From an uncultured Chloroflexia bacterium (GTDB lineage: Bacteria > Chloroflexota > Limnocylindria > Limnocylindrales > CSP1-4), in NCBI GenBank assembly GCA_963828165.1, contig CAWHDR010000001.1:1536001-1600000 (forward strand): DNA of 64,000 nucleotides, written 5' to 3'. Each line of letters begins with the position of its first letter. Position 1 is the first letter of the stretch. A program made the translations under genes and the position numbers. Under the pieces are notes generated by a model. That model saw only the letters and a list, made by a program, of their open reading frames with translations, ran no database searches and was not told the DNA's origin. This document shows positions 10,572 to 20,791 of the stretch, piece by piece.

Positions 10572-11207
10572 ATGAAGATCGGCGTCCTCGCCCTCCAGGG
10601 GGCATTCCGCGAGCATCTCGACACGCTCGGCGCCATCGGCGTCGAGGGTGTCCGCGTGCGCGAGCCGGCCGACCTCGACGGGCTCAGCGGCCTGATCCTG
10701 CCCGGGGGCGAGAGCACGACGATGCGTGGACTCATCGAGCGCTGGGGCTTGCGCCAGCCGATCATGGATTTCGCCGACGCTGGAGCGCCCGTCTTCGGGA
10801 CCTGCGCCGGGATGATCGTCCTTTCACGGGAGATCGCGGGCGGCGAAGAGCCGATCCTGCCGCTGCTCGACGTGACCGTCGAGCGCAATGCGTTCGGGCG
10901 GCAGCTCGAGTCGTTCGAGGCGGATCTCGACGTCGACGTCCTGGGCGGGACGCCGGTGCATGCCGTGTTCATCCGGGCACCGATCATCGAACGGACCGGA
11001 CCCGGGGTCGATGTCCTGGCGCGCCTGGACGACGGGCGGATCGTGGCCGTGCGCGAGCGGAACATCGTGGCCACGTCGTTTCACCCCGAGCTGGCCGGGG
11101 AGACGCGCTTCCACCGGCTGGTCGCGACGATGGCCGCCGAGCACGACGATCCGGGCGAGGGCTCCGGACGGCGACCGCACCCGACCCGCCGGACGCAGGC
11201 GCGATGA
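10572..11207 (+). CDS. pdxT: PLP synthase glutaminase subunit
   Basis: Motifs GVLALQGAFREH, PGGEST, GTCAG, RNAFGRQ and FHPE. Confidence 0.97.
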   Translation: MKIGVLALQGAFREHLDTLGAIGVEGVRVREPADLDGLSGLILPGGESTTMRGLIERWGLRQPIMDFADAGAPVFGTCAGMIVLSREIAGGEEPILPLLDVTVERNAFGRQLESFEADLDVDVLGGTPVHAVFIRAPIIERTGPGVDVLARLDDGRIVAVRERNIVATSFHPELAGETRFHRLVATMAAEHDDPGEGSGRRPHPTRRTQAR

Positions 11208-11226
11208 TGACCACGAGGATCGTCGC

Positions 11227-12294
11227 GTGACCGCGACCCGACCGCCGCGCACCCAGGGCAAGGTCCGGGCGGCGCGCCTGACCGACCTCGCCGCGCTCGG
11301 CGAGCTGTCGCGACTGTGCCAGTCGGAGGCCGCCGCGACACGATCGCTCGGCCTGCCGGTGAGCGGCCCTCCGATCGGCGTCTTCAGCCTGTTCCGCCTT
11401 CCGCTCGGTGCCTTCCGCCCGAACGACCTGATGTACGTCTACGAGGGCAGTGGCCGCATCGCCGGCCTCGTGCGTGTGGAACGCGAATCGATCCGCGACG
11501 AGTGGACGATCGTGGAGCTCGACGCCGTCGGGCTCGCCGACGCGGGCGACATCCGCTACCGGCTCGTCCAGCAGATCCTGCGCGAGGGTGCGAAACGGGG
11601 AGCTGCCCGGTTCCACGTCGCGTGCGCCGACGTCGACGGTAACGTCGAGCTGCTCATGCAGGCCGGGTTCATGCGCTACGGGGAGGAACGCATCTTGTTC
11701 CGCGCGGCCAAGACGAAACTACCCGCCCCGTGGACCGAGGACGCCGCCAAGAAGGTGCGGATCCGCCCCGTGCAGGCGATCGATGCGCTCGCGCTCCATC
11801 GCCTCTACCTGACCGCGACGCCGGGACCGGTCGCGCGGCTGGAGGCCATCCGGTTGCCGGACTGGGAGCGCCAGGGGACGCACTGGCGCGTGCCGCGTTC
11901 CAGCCTCGCGCCGATCCTGCGCTTCGCCGATGTCGAGGCGTACGTCCAGGTCGCTCCGGGTGGCGGCAAGGACGGCACCGAGCTCGACGCGTTCGTCCAG
12001 GTCGGCGTCGCGAAGGAGGACCAGCCCCACTACCTGAAGGTCGTTGCGAGGCCGGAGGCCGATGCCGAAGCCATCATCGGATACGGTCTGGGCATCATCG
12101 CCGCACGCACCGCGAAAGGCCGCGACCATCGCCCGAACCACGGTGTCATCTCACCCGTGCGAACCTATGAGGCACCGCTCGATCGCCGACTGGAGGAGGC
12201 TGCCTTCGATTCGATCGCCAGCGTGACACTGCTCATGAAGGAAACCCTCGTCCGCGTGGCCGAGCCGGCCCTCGTGCCGGCCGGCGTGCGCTAA
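11227..12294 (+). CDS. Hypothetical protein, probable tandem GNAT-fold
   Basis: Two GNAT-like starts ([12 protein letters not shown] and [12 protein letters not shown]) and a LMQAGF motif. GTG start inferred. Confidence 0.55.
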   Translation: MTATRPPRTQGKVRAARLTDLAALGELSRLCQSEAAATRSLGLPVSGPPIGVFSLFRLPLGAFRPNDLMYVYEGSGRIAGLVRVERESIRDEWTIVELDAVGLADAGDIRYRLVQQILREGAKRGAARFHVACADVDGNVELLMQAGFMRYGEERILFRAAKTKLPAPWTEDAAKKVRIRPVQAIDALALHRLYLTATPGPVARLEAIRLPDWERQGTHWRVPRSSLAPILRFADVEAYVQVAPGGGKDGTELDAFVQVGVAKEDQPHYLKVVARPEADAEAIIGYGLGIIAARTAKGRDHRPNHGVISPVRTYEAPLDRRLEEAAFDSIASVTLLMKETLVRVAEPALVPAGVR

Positions 12295-12313
12295 CCCGTC
12301 CATGGAGGTCAGC

Positions 12314-14377
12314 ATGGGATCCGAGGACCGTCAGCGGGAATCGATCGACGACCTCGACGCGCTGCTCTCGTCCCTGCCGCCTGAGATCGTCGACGCCGTG
12401 CACGCGCTCGAGGAGCGTGAGTCGCTCATCGAGGTCGTGATGGACCTCGGTCGGCGCCCGGAAGGCCGATTCCCTGACGCCGAGGTGATGCTGCTCGAGC
12501 GCGAGATCGTCGACGCCGACATCGCGTTCGTCGTCGAGCACATCGGACTGTTCGGGGACGACAACCGCGCGGGCATCGAGCGGACGCTCCATCGCATCAG
12601 CGCGATCCGCAACCGCAGCGGCAAGATCGTCGGGTTGACCTGCCGGATCGGCCGGGCCGTGTACGGCACGATCGAGATCATCACGGACTTCGTCGAGACC
12701 GGAAAGTCGATCCTGATCATGGGTCGGCCCGGCATCGGCAAGACCACGATGCTGCGCGAGGCTGCGCGCGTGCTCGCGGACGACCTGGGCAAGCGGGTCG
12801 TGGTCGTGGACACCTCCAATGAGATCGCCGGCGACGGCGACATCCCGCACCCGGCCATCGGCAAGGCACGCCGGATGCAGGTGCGCACGCCGTCGCTCCA
12901 GCACGAGGTGATGATCGAAGCGGTCGAGAACCACATGCCCCAGGTCATCGTCATCGACGAGATCGGGACCGAGCTCGAGGCGCAGGCGGCCCGCACGATC
13001 GCCGAGCGCGGCGTGCAGCTCATCGGTACGGCGCACGGCAACAACCTCGACAACCTGATGCTCAACCCGACGCTGTCCGACCTCATCGGCGGGATCCAGA
13101 GCGTGACCCTCGGCGACGAGGAGGCGCGCCGCCGGCGCACGCAGAAGAGCGTGCTCGAGCGCAAGGCGCCGCCGACCTTCGACGTCATCGTCGAGATCCA
13201 GGACCGCGAGCGGGTCGCCGTCCACAGCGATGTCGCGGACACGATCGACGCGCTGCTGCGCGGGGACGCCGTGGCGCCCGAGCTGCGCTGGCGTGACGAG
13301 GAAGGCGTGCATCGATCGCAGGGCCGGCCGCGGCCATCGCCCCGCGAGCAGCTGGGGGCCGAGCGCTTCGCCGGCCTGGTCGGCGCCGGCTCACCGTGGC
13401 GGATGGAGCCGGGCTGGCGGGGTGACGGCTCGGCACGGACGGCGGGCGGCTTCCGGGAGGCCGAACGCGGTGGGTTCCGACCCGGGTACCGCCCCGGCGC
13501 TTCGGGTGGCTGGCGGCAGACCCGCGGTGGCTCCGGTCGCGAGAGCGCGCCGCGCGGATCCATATCGGAGGGTGGCGCATCGGGCGTGATGCCCGGCGAG
13601 CGGATCGCATCGCGGGGACCCGAGGCGCCGTTCGTTTCCGGGGAGATCGCGGATCGGGGGCCGTTGGAGCGAGGCGCCACGTCCACGGCGCTGGAGACGC
13701 GTGCCCGCGAGGCCCGCGAGCTCGAGCGCCAGAAGGCGTGGCGCGACCAGGCGGCCCGCGCCCTGCAGACCCTCAAGGCGGATGAGGGCACGGCGCCTAT
13801 CAACGCCGACGCGCTCGAGGAGGACGAGGATCTCGATGCCCTGCCGCTGGGCGCCGAGGAGGGATCGCACGGCGAGACCGTGCTCGTGCCCGGCGGCTCG
13901 CCGTTGCCGACGCTGCGGGTCCTGCCCCAGGGCATCAGCCGCAAGCGCCTGGAGCAGGCCGTCCGGGACCTCGGGTTGCCGGTGGTCATCGCCCGCGAGG
14001 TGGACGAGGCGGACGTCGTGATGACGCTCAAGAACGAGTACAAGCAGAAGACGCCACTGCTGCGTGAGGCCGAAGAGCGGGCGATGCCGATCTACGTCCT
14101 CAAGAGCAACACGATCCCGCAGATGCAGACGAGCCTGACGTCGATCTTCTCGCTCGAGATCGATCCGCGCGAGGCCGCGATGCGGGAGACGGAAGATGCC
14201 ATCGAGGTCGTGCTGACCTCGGCGGAGCCCGTCGAGCTGTCACCACAGAACGCGTACATCCGGCGGCTGCAGCACCAGATGGCCGAGCGGGCCAACCTCG
14301 TGTCGCGGTCACGCGGCCGGGAGCCGTATCGGCGGGTGCGCCTGTACCCGGACGCCGCCAGATCCGCCTGGCGGTAG
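12314..14377 (+). CDS. Ycf45/SpoIIIAA-family AAA ATPase with C-terminal R3H domain
   Basis: Motifs [12 protein letters not shown], Walker [23 protein letters not shown], Walker B IVIDEIG and R3H RRLQH. SD GGAGG upstream. Confidence 0.92.
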   Translation: MGSEDRQRESIDDLDALLSSLPPEIVDAVHALEERESLIEVVMDLGRRPEGRFPDAEVMLLEREIVDADIAFVVEHIGLFGDDNRAGIERTLHRISAIRNRSGKIVGLTCRIGRAVYGTIEIITDFVETGKSILIMGRPGIGKTTMLREAARVLADDLGKRVVVVDTSNEIAGDGDIPHPAIGKARRMQVRTPSLQHEVMIEAVENHMPQVIVIDEIGTELEAQAARTIAERGVQLIGTAHGNNLDNLMLNPTLSDLIGGIQSVTLGDEEARRRRTQKSVLERKAPPTFDVIVEIQDRERVAVHSDVADTIDALLRGDAVAPELRWRDEEGVHRSQGRPRPSPREQLGAERFAGLVGAGSPWRMEPGWRGDGSARTAGGFREAERGGFRPGYRPGASGGWRQTRGGSGRESAPRGSISEGGASGVMPGERIASRGPEAPFVSGEIADRGPLERGATSTALETRAREARELERQKAWRDQAARALQTLKADEGTAPINADALEEDEDLDALPLGAEEGSHGETVLVPGGSPLPTLRVLPQGISRKRLEQAVRDLGLPVVIAREVDEADVVMTLKNEYKQKTPLLREAEERAMPIYVLKSNTIPQMQTSLTSIFSLEIDPREAAMRETEDAIEVVLTSAEPVELSPQNAYIRRLQHQMAERANLVSRSRGREPYRRVRLYPDAARSAWR

Positions 14378-14436
14378 TCCCTTTCCTGTCGCACGGGACG
14401 GGGCACGTGGCGGCTCCGCGCGCCCACCCACCCTCA

Positions 14437-14609
14437 TGTCAGCCTGAGACACCATCTCGACACAGCCGACCGTGACCGGCCACACGGTGTCAGCCAGAGG
14501 CACGAAGCGGCCATAGGTGAGCGTGATCGGATGCTCAGACGGCGCCGAACGGCGGTACGAAGCGCTCGATCACGAGCGATCTGTCGCAATCCTGTGCCTG
14601 ACGCTGACA
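14437..14609. repeat. Intergenic element with three copies of a 16-bp motif (two direct, one inverted)
   Basis: tgtcagcctgagacac at 14437, tgtcagccagaggcac at 14488, and the reverse complement tgtcagcgtcaggcac at 14594-14609. Confidence 0.6.
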
Positions 14610-14636
14610 TCGAAGGCATCCCGTGGGGCTGCCCGC

Positions 14637-15386
14637 ATGGCAGACTTGCCCGCCATGACAGCCATCCCTCCAGCCAGGCCCGACATCCGGCGGCCGCTGA
14701 CGTTGCGTCGCGGGCTGCGCCGGTTGAGCACCGGACTCATCGTGTACGGGCTCATCGGGCTGGCGCTGGCGCTCATCGGCGCGTTCGCGTTGGTGTGGGT
14801 CGGGGGGCGCGTCGGCGCGGTGGCCGACCGGACGGGCGAGCAGGTCGAATCGATCGTCGCGACCCTGGACGAGACGGCGAACGTGCTGGAGAGCATGGGA
14901 ACGTCGGCGACGTCATTCTCCGGGACGTTGGAGCGGACACCGCCCGCCGTCCGCCAGACGGCAGCGACAGTCGCGAACCTGCGGGCCAACCTGACCCTGG
15001 TCCAGGGCCAGCTGGCGGCGATCAACATCCTGGGCGCCCGGCCGCTGGCGGATGCCGCGAACCTGTTCGGCCAGATGGCGACCGACCTCGAAGGCCTGGA
15101 CGGCCGGCTCGAGGTGATCGCCGCCGACCTCGATACCAACCGAACGGCGCTGCTCGACAACTCGACGAAGCTGCAGGCGCTGGGGGTGGAGCTGGACGGT
15201 GTCGCGGACGATTTGCGCGCGGGCTCGATCGAGGACAGCCTCGCCGACGTGCAACTCATCCTGGTCGTGCTGTCGGGACTGCTCGTGGTCTGGGCGCTGC
15301 TGCCGGCCGTCGGGGCGCTGGGCCTTGGCTGGTGGCTCCGGCGGGAACTGCTCGACCCCGACGGCGACAGCCTGGTGGCGCCTTAG
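14637..15386 (+). CDS. Membrane protein with coiled-coil region between two TM helices
   Basis: N- and C-terminal TM segments flank a heptad-like helical region. Confidence 0.7.
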   Translation: MADLPAMTAIPPARPDIRRPLTLRRGLRRLSTGLIVYGLIGLALALIGAFALVWVGGRVGAVADRTGEQVESIVATLDETANVLESMGTSATSFSGTLERTPPAVRQTAATVANLRANLTLVQGQLAAINILGARPLADAANLFGQMATDLEGLDGRLEVIAADLDTNRTALLDNSTKLQALGVELDGVADDLRAGSIEDSLADVQLILVVLSGLLVVWALLPAVGALGLGWWLRRELLDPDGDSLVAP

Positions 15387-16826
15387 CGCAACTCGTGGCG
15401 AAGGGCGGACCGGGCGGCGTGGTAGCCACTCATGCCGTGGACGCCACCGCCCGGCGGGGTCGACGACGAGCACAGGTACAGGCCGGGTCCGGCGTGGTAC
15501 GGGTCGAGGCTGGGCACGGGCCGGAAGAAGGTCTGGCGGATGTCCGAGATGCCGGCGTTGATGTCGCCGCCGATGTAGTTCGCATCATGTGCCTCCATCT
15601 GCGCCGGCGAGTGCGTGGCCCGGGCGAGGATCAGGTCGTGGAACCCCGGGGCAAAACGCTCGACCTGGGCCTCGATCCGGCGAGTCATGTCGATGTCGGA
15701 GCCCGGCGGCACGTGGCAGTACGCCCAGGCCGTGGTCTTGCCGGCCGGAGCCCGCGACGGATCCCACGGGTGGTACTGGGCGACCAGCGTGAAGGGCCGC
15801 TCCGCGTGCCGGCCGGCCGCGACCTCGGACTCCGAATGCGCGATCTCGTCAAGCGTGCCGCCCAGGTGGACCGTGCCGGCACGACGAAGGCCGTCGGCGG
15901 TCCACGGGATGGGACCACCGAGGGCCCAGTCGACCTTGAACACGCCCGAGCCGTAGCGGAAGCGTTCGTACCTTGACCGCGTCCGCGGCGGCAGCCGGTC
16001 GCCGGCGATGGCCACGGCGGCTCGCGGCGTCGTGTCGAAGAGCACGGCGCGTGCAGGCGGCAGGTCCTCCAGGCTCGCCACCCGTTCGCCGGTGACGATC
16101 TCGCCGCCGAGGGATCGGAGCTCGGCAGCCAGGGTGTCGGTCACCGCGGCAGACCCGCCGCGGATCATCGGCCACCCGACGGCGTGCGCGTACATCCCCA
16201 GCACGAGTCCGAACGAGGCCGACAACGGTCGGTCGAGCGCGACCATCGAGTGCGCCGCGAGCGCTCCGAACATCGCCCGAGCCGACTCCCCTCGGAACCG
16301 CCCGCGCGCCAGTCCTTCCGCTGAACGCAACGCCGGCAGGCCGAACCGGGCGAGCGCAAGCGGGTGGCGCGGTATGTGCACGACCGGACCGAGCAGTTCC
16401 CTCGACAGCTTCCGCGCATCGCGGACGAGCGGCCCGAACAATCGCAGCCAGGCACCGCCGTCGTCGGTCTTGCGGTCGCGATCCAGGCCCGCCGCGGTGG
16501 CCGTGAACGAGCGCTCGAGCACCGCCGCACGTCCGCCGTCGAGCGCATGGGCGAGTGGCGCGTCGGGATGGATGAGCTCCACGCCGCGAGCATTCCAGTC
16601 GATCGTGCGGAAGAAGGGCGATGCGGCCGTCAGCGGCAGGATCGTGGAGCAGACGTCGTGGCGGAAGCCGGGGAGCGTCAGCTCCTGGGTCCGTGTCCCG
16701 CCGCCGATCGTGTCGGCCGCCTCGTAGACCCGGACGGACCTGACCGGCGCGGGCCAGGGTCAGCGCGGCGGCGAGGCCGTTAGGCCCCGCCCCGACGACG
16801 ATGGCATCGAGATCGGGCGTCGTCAC
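15383..16826 (-). CDS. Phytoene dehydrogenase-related FAD/NAD(P) oxidoreductase; +1 frameshift near 16742
   Basis: Rossmann motif VVGAGPNGLAAA; DPSRAPAGK..WAYCHVP; GLYLCSSSTPPGGGVHGMSGY. Confidence 0.88.
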
Positions 16827-16882
16827 CTGCGCAGCGTAGGCCGTTCGGATGTCGGGCGGCCGGGGCCGTTGCGGCGGTGACG

Positions 16883-17644
16883 TCAGATCCGCCGGCGGAC
16901 GAATCGCCCCGGGGCCCCCGCGGCGTGTATCGCTGCGCGGATCCCGGCGTTGTGGCGGACGTTCCCGACATGGCGCCACTGGCGGCGGCGATCCACGCAC
17001 ACGATCTCAGTCTCTACTTCGACTCCCGTCGCGCCAAGCCGCGCCGCCACGTTTGCCAGCGTGGTTTCCCAGAACCGGTTGTTGACACGATGGCCACCGA
17101 ACACCAGCCCCATCTCGAACAGCGGGTCGCTCGCTCGCTCGAGCGCCTGTGCCTGGATGATGACCGTGCCGCCGGCCGCCCGCGTCGCGCTGAACGTGAT
17201 CCATGCCGCCAACATGTGACCCTCCGGCGACATGAGCGTGAAGGCCTCATCGTCGGCGTACAGCACCAGCACGCCCGTATGGAGCTTGACCGGGCCCGCC
17301 GCCGCCACGGAGAGCAGGGCGACCTCGCCGGGACGGATCCCCGCAAGCGGCGCGTAGAAGGTGTTGCCCTTGGGCCAGAAGCTGGAGAACTCGGTTTTCC
17401 AGGTGGCGATCGCCTCCTCCGGGGTCAGGCTGGTCTCGGCCGGAAGGCGAACGCGGAACGTTTTCTGCCACATCTGCCCGAAGCCTTGGAGAGGCCCCGC
17501 AACGCGTCGCCCAGCCACGGTCGCGGCGACACCTCCGCCGTCCGGGTCGGAGACGGCAAGCCGGTCGACAGGCCGGGCCCAGCTGTCGGCATCGGTTCGC
17601 CGGGGGGTCGACTCGGTCACGGGTTCGCTCGGGCTTGCGCTCAT
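16883..17644 (-). CDS. Hypothetical protein, DUF1990/SRPBCC-like fold suspected
   Basis: FTLMSPEGH..AWITF resembles the DUF1990 TLPGH..GEE.F segment. SD GAGGA upstream. Confidence 0.6.
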   Translation of the reverse strand: MSASPSEPVTESTPRRTDADSWARPVDRLAVSDPDGGGVAATVAGRRVAGPLQGFGQMWQKTFRVRLPAETSLTPEEAIATWKTEFSSFWPKGNTFYAPLAGIRPGEVALLSVAAAGPVKLHTGVLVLYADDEAFTLMSPEGHMLAAWITFSATRAAGGTVIIQAQALERASDPLFEMGLVFGGHRVNNRFWETTLANVAARLGATGVEVETEIVCVDRRRQWRHVGNVRHNAGIRAAIHAAGAPGRFVRRRI

Positions 17645-17671
17645 CGGTCCTCTCGCTTAGCGGATGACCCG

Positions 17672-17705
17672 ATCTTGCGGGGCAACCGTCCGGAGATCGT
17701 TACGA
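17672..17705 (-). promoter_or_regulatory. Activator-type promoter TCGTAACGATCTC-N15-CAAGAT
   Basis: The 13-mer is identical to the one at 22417-22429 and has the same 15-bp spacing to a -10-like hexamer. Confidence 0.65.
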
Positions 17706-17720
17706 GCCGATCCCGGTAGG

Positions 17721-18884
17721 TCACGTGGAACGGCTGCGGACCCAGACTGTGGTCAGCGACGGCCGAACCGCCTGGTCGGCGGCATCGACCAGGGACCTGC
17801 CTACGGCATCCGATTCGACCTCATCACGGAGTCGGCTGCCGAAGGTTTCGACCATCCGCTGATGGTCGTAGCGCGAGCGATAGAACCGTCGGTCGACGAC
17901 CGCCCGTACCGAGCCCCGCACCGGCCCGAATAGTGCGGCGATCGCCAAGGTCGAAAGCGCGACGGGCAGGGTGTCACCACCGGTCAAGGGCACGAGGACC
18001 GCCTGGAGGGCGATGACGAACGAGACATAGAGGACGCCCAGGATGGCGATGACGGCTCCGTAAACGAGCGTGCGCCGGACTACGACGTCGATGTCGTACA
18101 GGCGGTACCGCAAGACGGCGATACCCGCCGCGAGCGGGATGAGAAGGAGAGTGCCGAACACCGCGTAGCCTGCGCTGTCGCCGGCGGTTCCGCGCAGGTC
18201 CATCGCGAGGACGAGCCATGCCCCAGCCTGGAGTGCTGCGGCGAAGGTCATCCACTTGAGTTGCTGACGCTCGATCCCGCGTTCCGCGCGCAATCTCACG
18301 ACCAGGCTCAGGCCGGCAGCAACCGCGCCCGCCAGGAGCGGGAACCAGCCGACGCCACCGCTCTCCAGCGGCGACCCGGTGAATCCAGCGATACCGACCG
18401 GGTTGCGCAGGCGGGGATAGTCCACCAGGGCCGGGGTGAAGGCATTGCCGATCGCGACGAGCAGCGCCCCGCCGATCACCAGAACGGCCGCGATACGCCA
18501 CCGGCGCGATGCCAGCCTGCCGGTCGGGAACAACAGGATCAGCAGGAGCGGGGGAGCGAGCGTGACCGGGAAGCCCCAGGTCGCGACCCATCCGGCCCAG
18601 TCTTGGCCCGCGACCGGCCGCGCGAGGCGGGCGATCGAGTCGAACAGCGCGACGGTCGCTCCGACGACCCCCGTGACCAAGGCAAGGCGGCCGATCACGT
18701 TGCCCGGCTGGCGGCCGACGATCAGTGCACCCACGGCCCCGAACGCCAGGTACGCTGCCGGGAAGAGCACGATGTCGGGCGTCAGCGGTTCCTGGACCCC
18801 GATGGCCCAGAGGACGAGTGCCGCGATCATCGTCACGAGCAGCCCGACGAAGACGATGCCTGCGCGCCAGGGCGTCCGATTCAT
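17721..18884 (-). CDS. Polytopic membrane sensor-like protein with no output domain (paralog 2)
   Basis: About 9-10 TM segments; ERQQLKW, RYRLYDIDVVVRRTLVY and VDRRFYRSRYD; ends in AVRPSLTTVWVR. Confidence 0.8.
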   Translation of the reverse strand: MNRTPWRAGIVFVGLLVTMIAALVLWAIGVQEPLTPDIVLFPAAYLAFGAVGALIVGRQPGNVIGRLALVTGVVGATVALFDSIARLARPVAGQDWAGWVATWGFPVTLAPPLLLILLFPTGRLASRRWRIAAVLVIGGALLVAIGNAFTPALVDYPRLRNPVGIAGFTGSPLESGGVGWFPLLAGAVAAGLSLVVRLRAERGIERQQLKWMTFAAALQAGAWLVLAMDLRGTAGDSAGYAVFGTLLLIPLAAGIAVLRYRLYDIDVVVRRTLVYGAVIAILGVLYVSFVIALQAVLVPLTGGDTLPVALSTLAIAALFGPVRGSVRAVVDRRFYRSRYDHQRMVETFGSRLRDEVESDAVGRSLVDAADQAVRPSLTTVWVRSRST

Positions 18885-20077
18885 CGAGCCGGGCCGCCGC
18901 GGACCCAGACGCCGGCAGACGCGGGCCGCACGGCTTGTGCCGCGACGTCGACAAGACTTCGTCCGACAGCGTCGACCTCGACCTGGTCGCGCAGCTGGCC
19001 GGCGAACCGCTCGAGCGTCTGTCGCGCGTCATAGCGCGAGCGATAGAACCGGCGATCCACCATCCTCTGGACGCGCGCTCTCACGGGACCGAACATCGCC
19101 GCGATCACGAGCGTGGATATCGCCACCGGCAGCGTCTCGCCCCCGATGAAGCCGCTCAGGACCGACTGGAGCGCGAGCACCAGCCCGACGTACACCGCGC
19201 CAAGGATCGCGACGAGTGCGCCGTAGATCAGCGTGCGCCGGATGACGAGGTCGATGTCGAACAGCCGGTGCCGCAGGATCCCGATCCCGACACCGATCGG
19301 GAATCCGCTGAGACCGAGTAACGCCAGCGACCAGGCGGCGGTATCGGAGGTCGCGGCGGCGAGGGCGAGTCCCGCGACGAAGATCGCCGCCGGGTACAGC
19401 AGCCACTTGATCTGCTGGCGCTCAAGGCTCCGGCTCCGCCGGAAGCGCACCACGAGTGAGATGACGGCCGCTGCGGCCATCGCGACGAGGGCAAGGCTTC
19501 CCAGCGGCAGGAACGCAGCAAGGGCGTCGGCGAGCGGCCCGCTAACGCCGAATGGGTTCTGGAAAGCGCCCCCGTAACTTTCGAGGGGGCCCGGCTGGAT
19601 CGCCTGCGCCACGATGAGGACCACCGCGACCCCGATCGCGACCCCGACCACCGGTCGCCAGCGGGGTCCCGGCAGCCGGCCGTCTGGAAAGAGCATCACC
19701 GCAAGCGGGAGGGCGATGCCCACGGCGACGTACCAGCTCCAGCCGCCAGCCCAGGCGACGATTTCTGGACCCGGCAGGCTCGCTCCGGTAAAGGCCACGC
19801 GACCGGCGTACTCGGTGGCGACGATGGCGAGCGAGATGGCGATCCCGACTACCAGGAACAGCCAGCCGACCGGGTTGGCCGGCCGCATCCAGGCGATGGC
19901 GAGCCCGACGCCCGGAAAAGTAATGAAGATCACGGAGATGATCAGGACGTCGATGAAGCTCGGCCGGTCCGGGATCTGCTCGTTGCCGGGCAGCACCAGC
20001 GAGACGAGCCCGGACACATCCATCGCGAGACAAGCGATGAAGAGCAGCAGGGCGAACAGACGCCCGGTCCGTATCAT
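18881..20077 (-). CDS. Polytopic membrane sensor-like protein with no output domain (paralog 1)
   Basis: RPANPVGWL, LFPDGRLPGPRWR, ERQQIKW, RHRLFDID and VDRRFYRSRYD; ends in AVRPASAGVWVR. Overlapping start/stop junctions on both sides. Confidence 0.8.
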   Translation of the reverse strand: MIRTGRLFALLLFIACLAMDVSGLVSLVLPGNEQIPDRPSFIDVLIISVIFITFPGVGLAIAWMRPANPVGWLFLVVGIAISLAIVATEYAGRVAFTGASLPGPEIVAWAGGWSWYVAVGIALPLAVMLFPDGRLPGPRWRPVVGVAIGVAVVLIVAQAIQPGPLESYGGAFQNPFGVSGPLADALAAFLPLGSLALVAMAAAAVISLVVRFRRSRSLERQQIKWLLYPAAIFVAGLALAAATSDTAAWSLALLGLSGFPIGVGIGILRHRLFDIDLVIRRTLIYGALVAILGAVYVGLVLALQSVLSGFIGGETLPVAISTLVIAAMFGPVRARVQRMVDRRFYRSRYDARQTLERFAGQLRDQVEVDAVGRSLVDVAAQAVRPASAGVWVRGGPAR

Positions 20078-20424
20078 CCGAGCCGCAGCGCCTCTTCCTC
20101 GCTGTCGACCACACCGATCGCCTCATCGAGGCGAGTAAGCGACAGGATCTCGCGGTAGTGCTCTGACAGTCCGAAGGCCATCAGCCGCTGGCGCTGACGC
20201 TGGGCCCGGACGAGCAACGTGACGAGCAGGCCGATGCCCGTGCTGTTCATGTACTCGAGCTCGCTGAAGTCGAGGACCACGACCCGTGTCGAGGGGTCGG
20301 CGGCGCGGCCATAGGCATCCATCAATGCGGCGTCCGTCGTTCCGGTCAGCTCGCCTCGGATCGCGATGATCGCAGCGCGCTCGCTGGGTCGACGGACCTC
20401 CAGGACGGTCTCGGTGTCGGGCAT
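20074..20424 (-). CDS. STAS-domain anti-sigma-factor antagonist
   Basis: LDFSELEYMNSTGIGLL carries the phospho-acceptor Ser; SD GGAGG upstream. Confidence 0.9.
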   Translation of the reverse strand: MPDTETVLEVRRPSERAAIIAIRGELTGTTDAALMDAYGRAADPSTRVVVLDFSELEYMNSTGIGLLVTLLVRAQRQRQRLMAFGLSEHYREILSLTRLDEAIGVVDSEEEALRLG

Positions 20425-20455
20425 GGCGGTGCTCCTCCGCTGGGCTGCGTCGTGA

Positions 20456-20791
20456 TCAGACACGGGCCGCGGCCCGGTCGGGATGCAACGTCACGAAATC
20501 GGCGAGCCGGGTGATCTCGAAGATCTCCCGGTAGTGATCGCTGAGCCCGAAGGCGTGCACGTCGCACCGATCGGCGCGGGCGCGAGCGAGGAGCTGGACG
20601 ATGACCGCCAGCCCGGTGCTGTTGATGTACTCGGTGCCACCGAAGTCGAGAACGACCCGATCGACGCCCGAGGCCGCCTGGGCCCACGCCTCGAGCAGGG
20701 CCGTCTCCGCGTCCCCGTCGATCTGTCCGACGAGTTCGATGACGGGTGCGTCGCCCTCGGTCCGGACGCTGGCGTTGAATCGGTCGGTCAC
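20456..20791 (-). CDS. STAS-domain anti-sigma-factor antagonist
   Basis: LDFGGTEYINSTGLAVI and EIFEITRL; GTGA overlap with the phosphatase stop codon. Confidence 0.9.
   Translation of the reverse strand: MTDRFNASVRTEGDAPVIELVGQIDGDAETALLEAWAQAASGVDRVVLDFGGTEYINSTGLAVIVQLLARARADRCDVHAFGLSDHYREIFEITRLADFVTLHPDRAAARV

Noticed and set aside
15383-16826. Carotenoid biosynthesis cluster
   Set aside because: There is only a lone phytoene-dehydrogenase-like oxidoreductase, with no crtB or crtE nearby.
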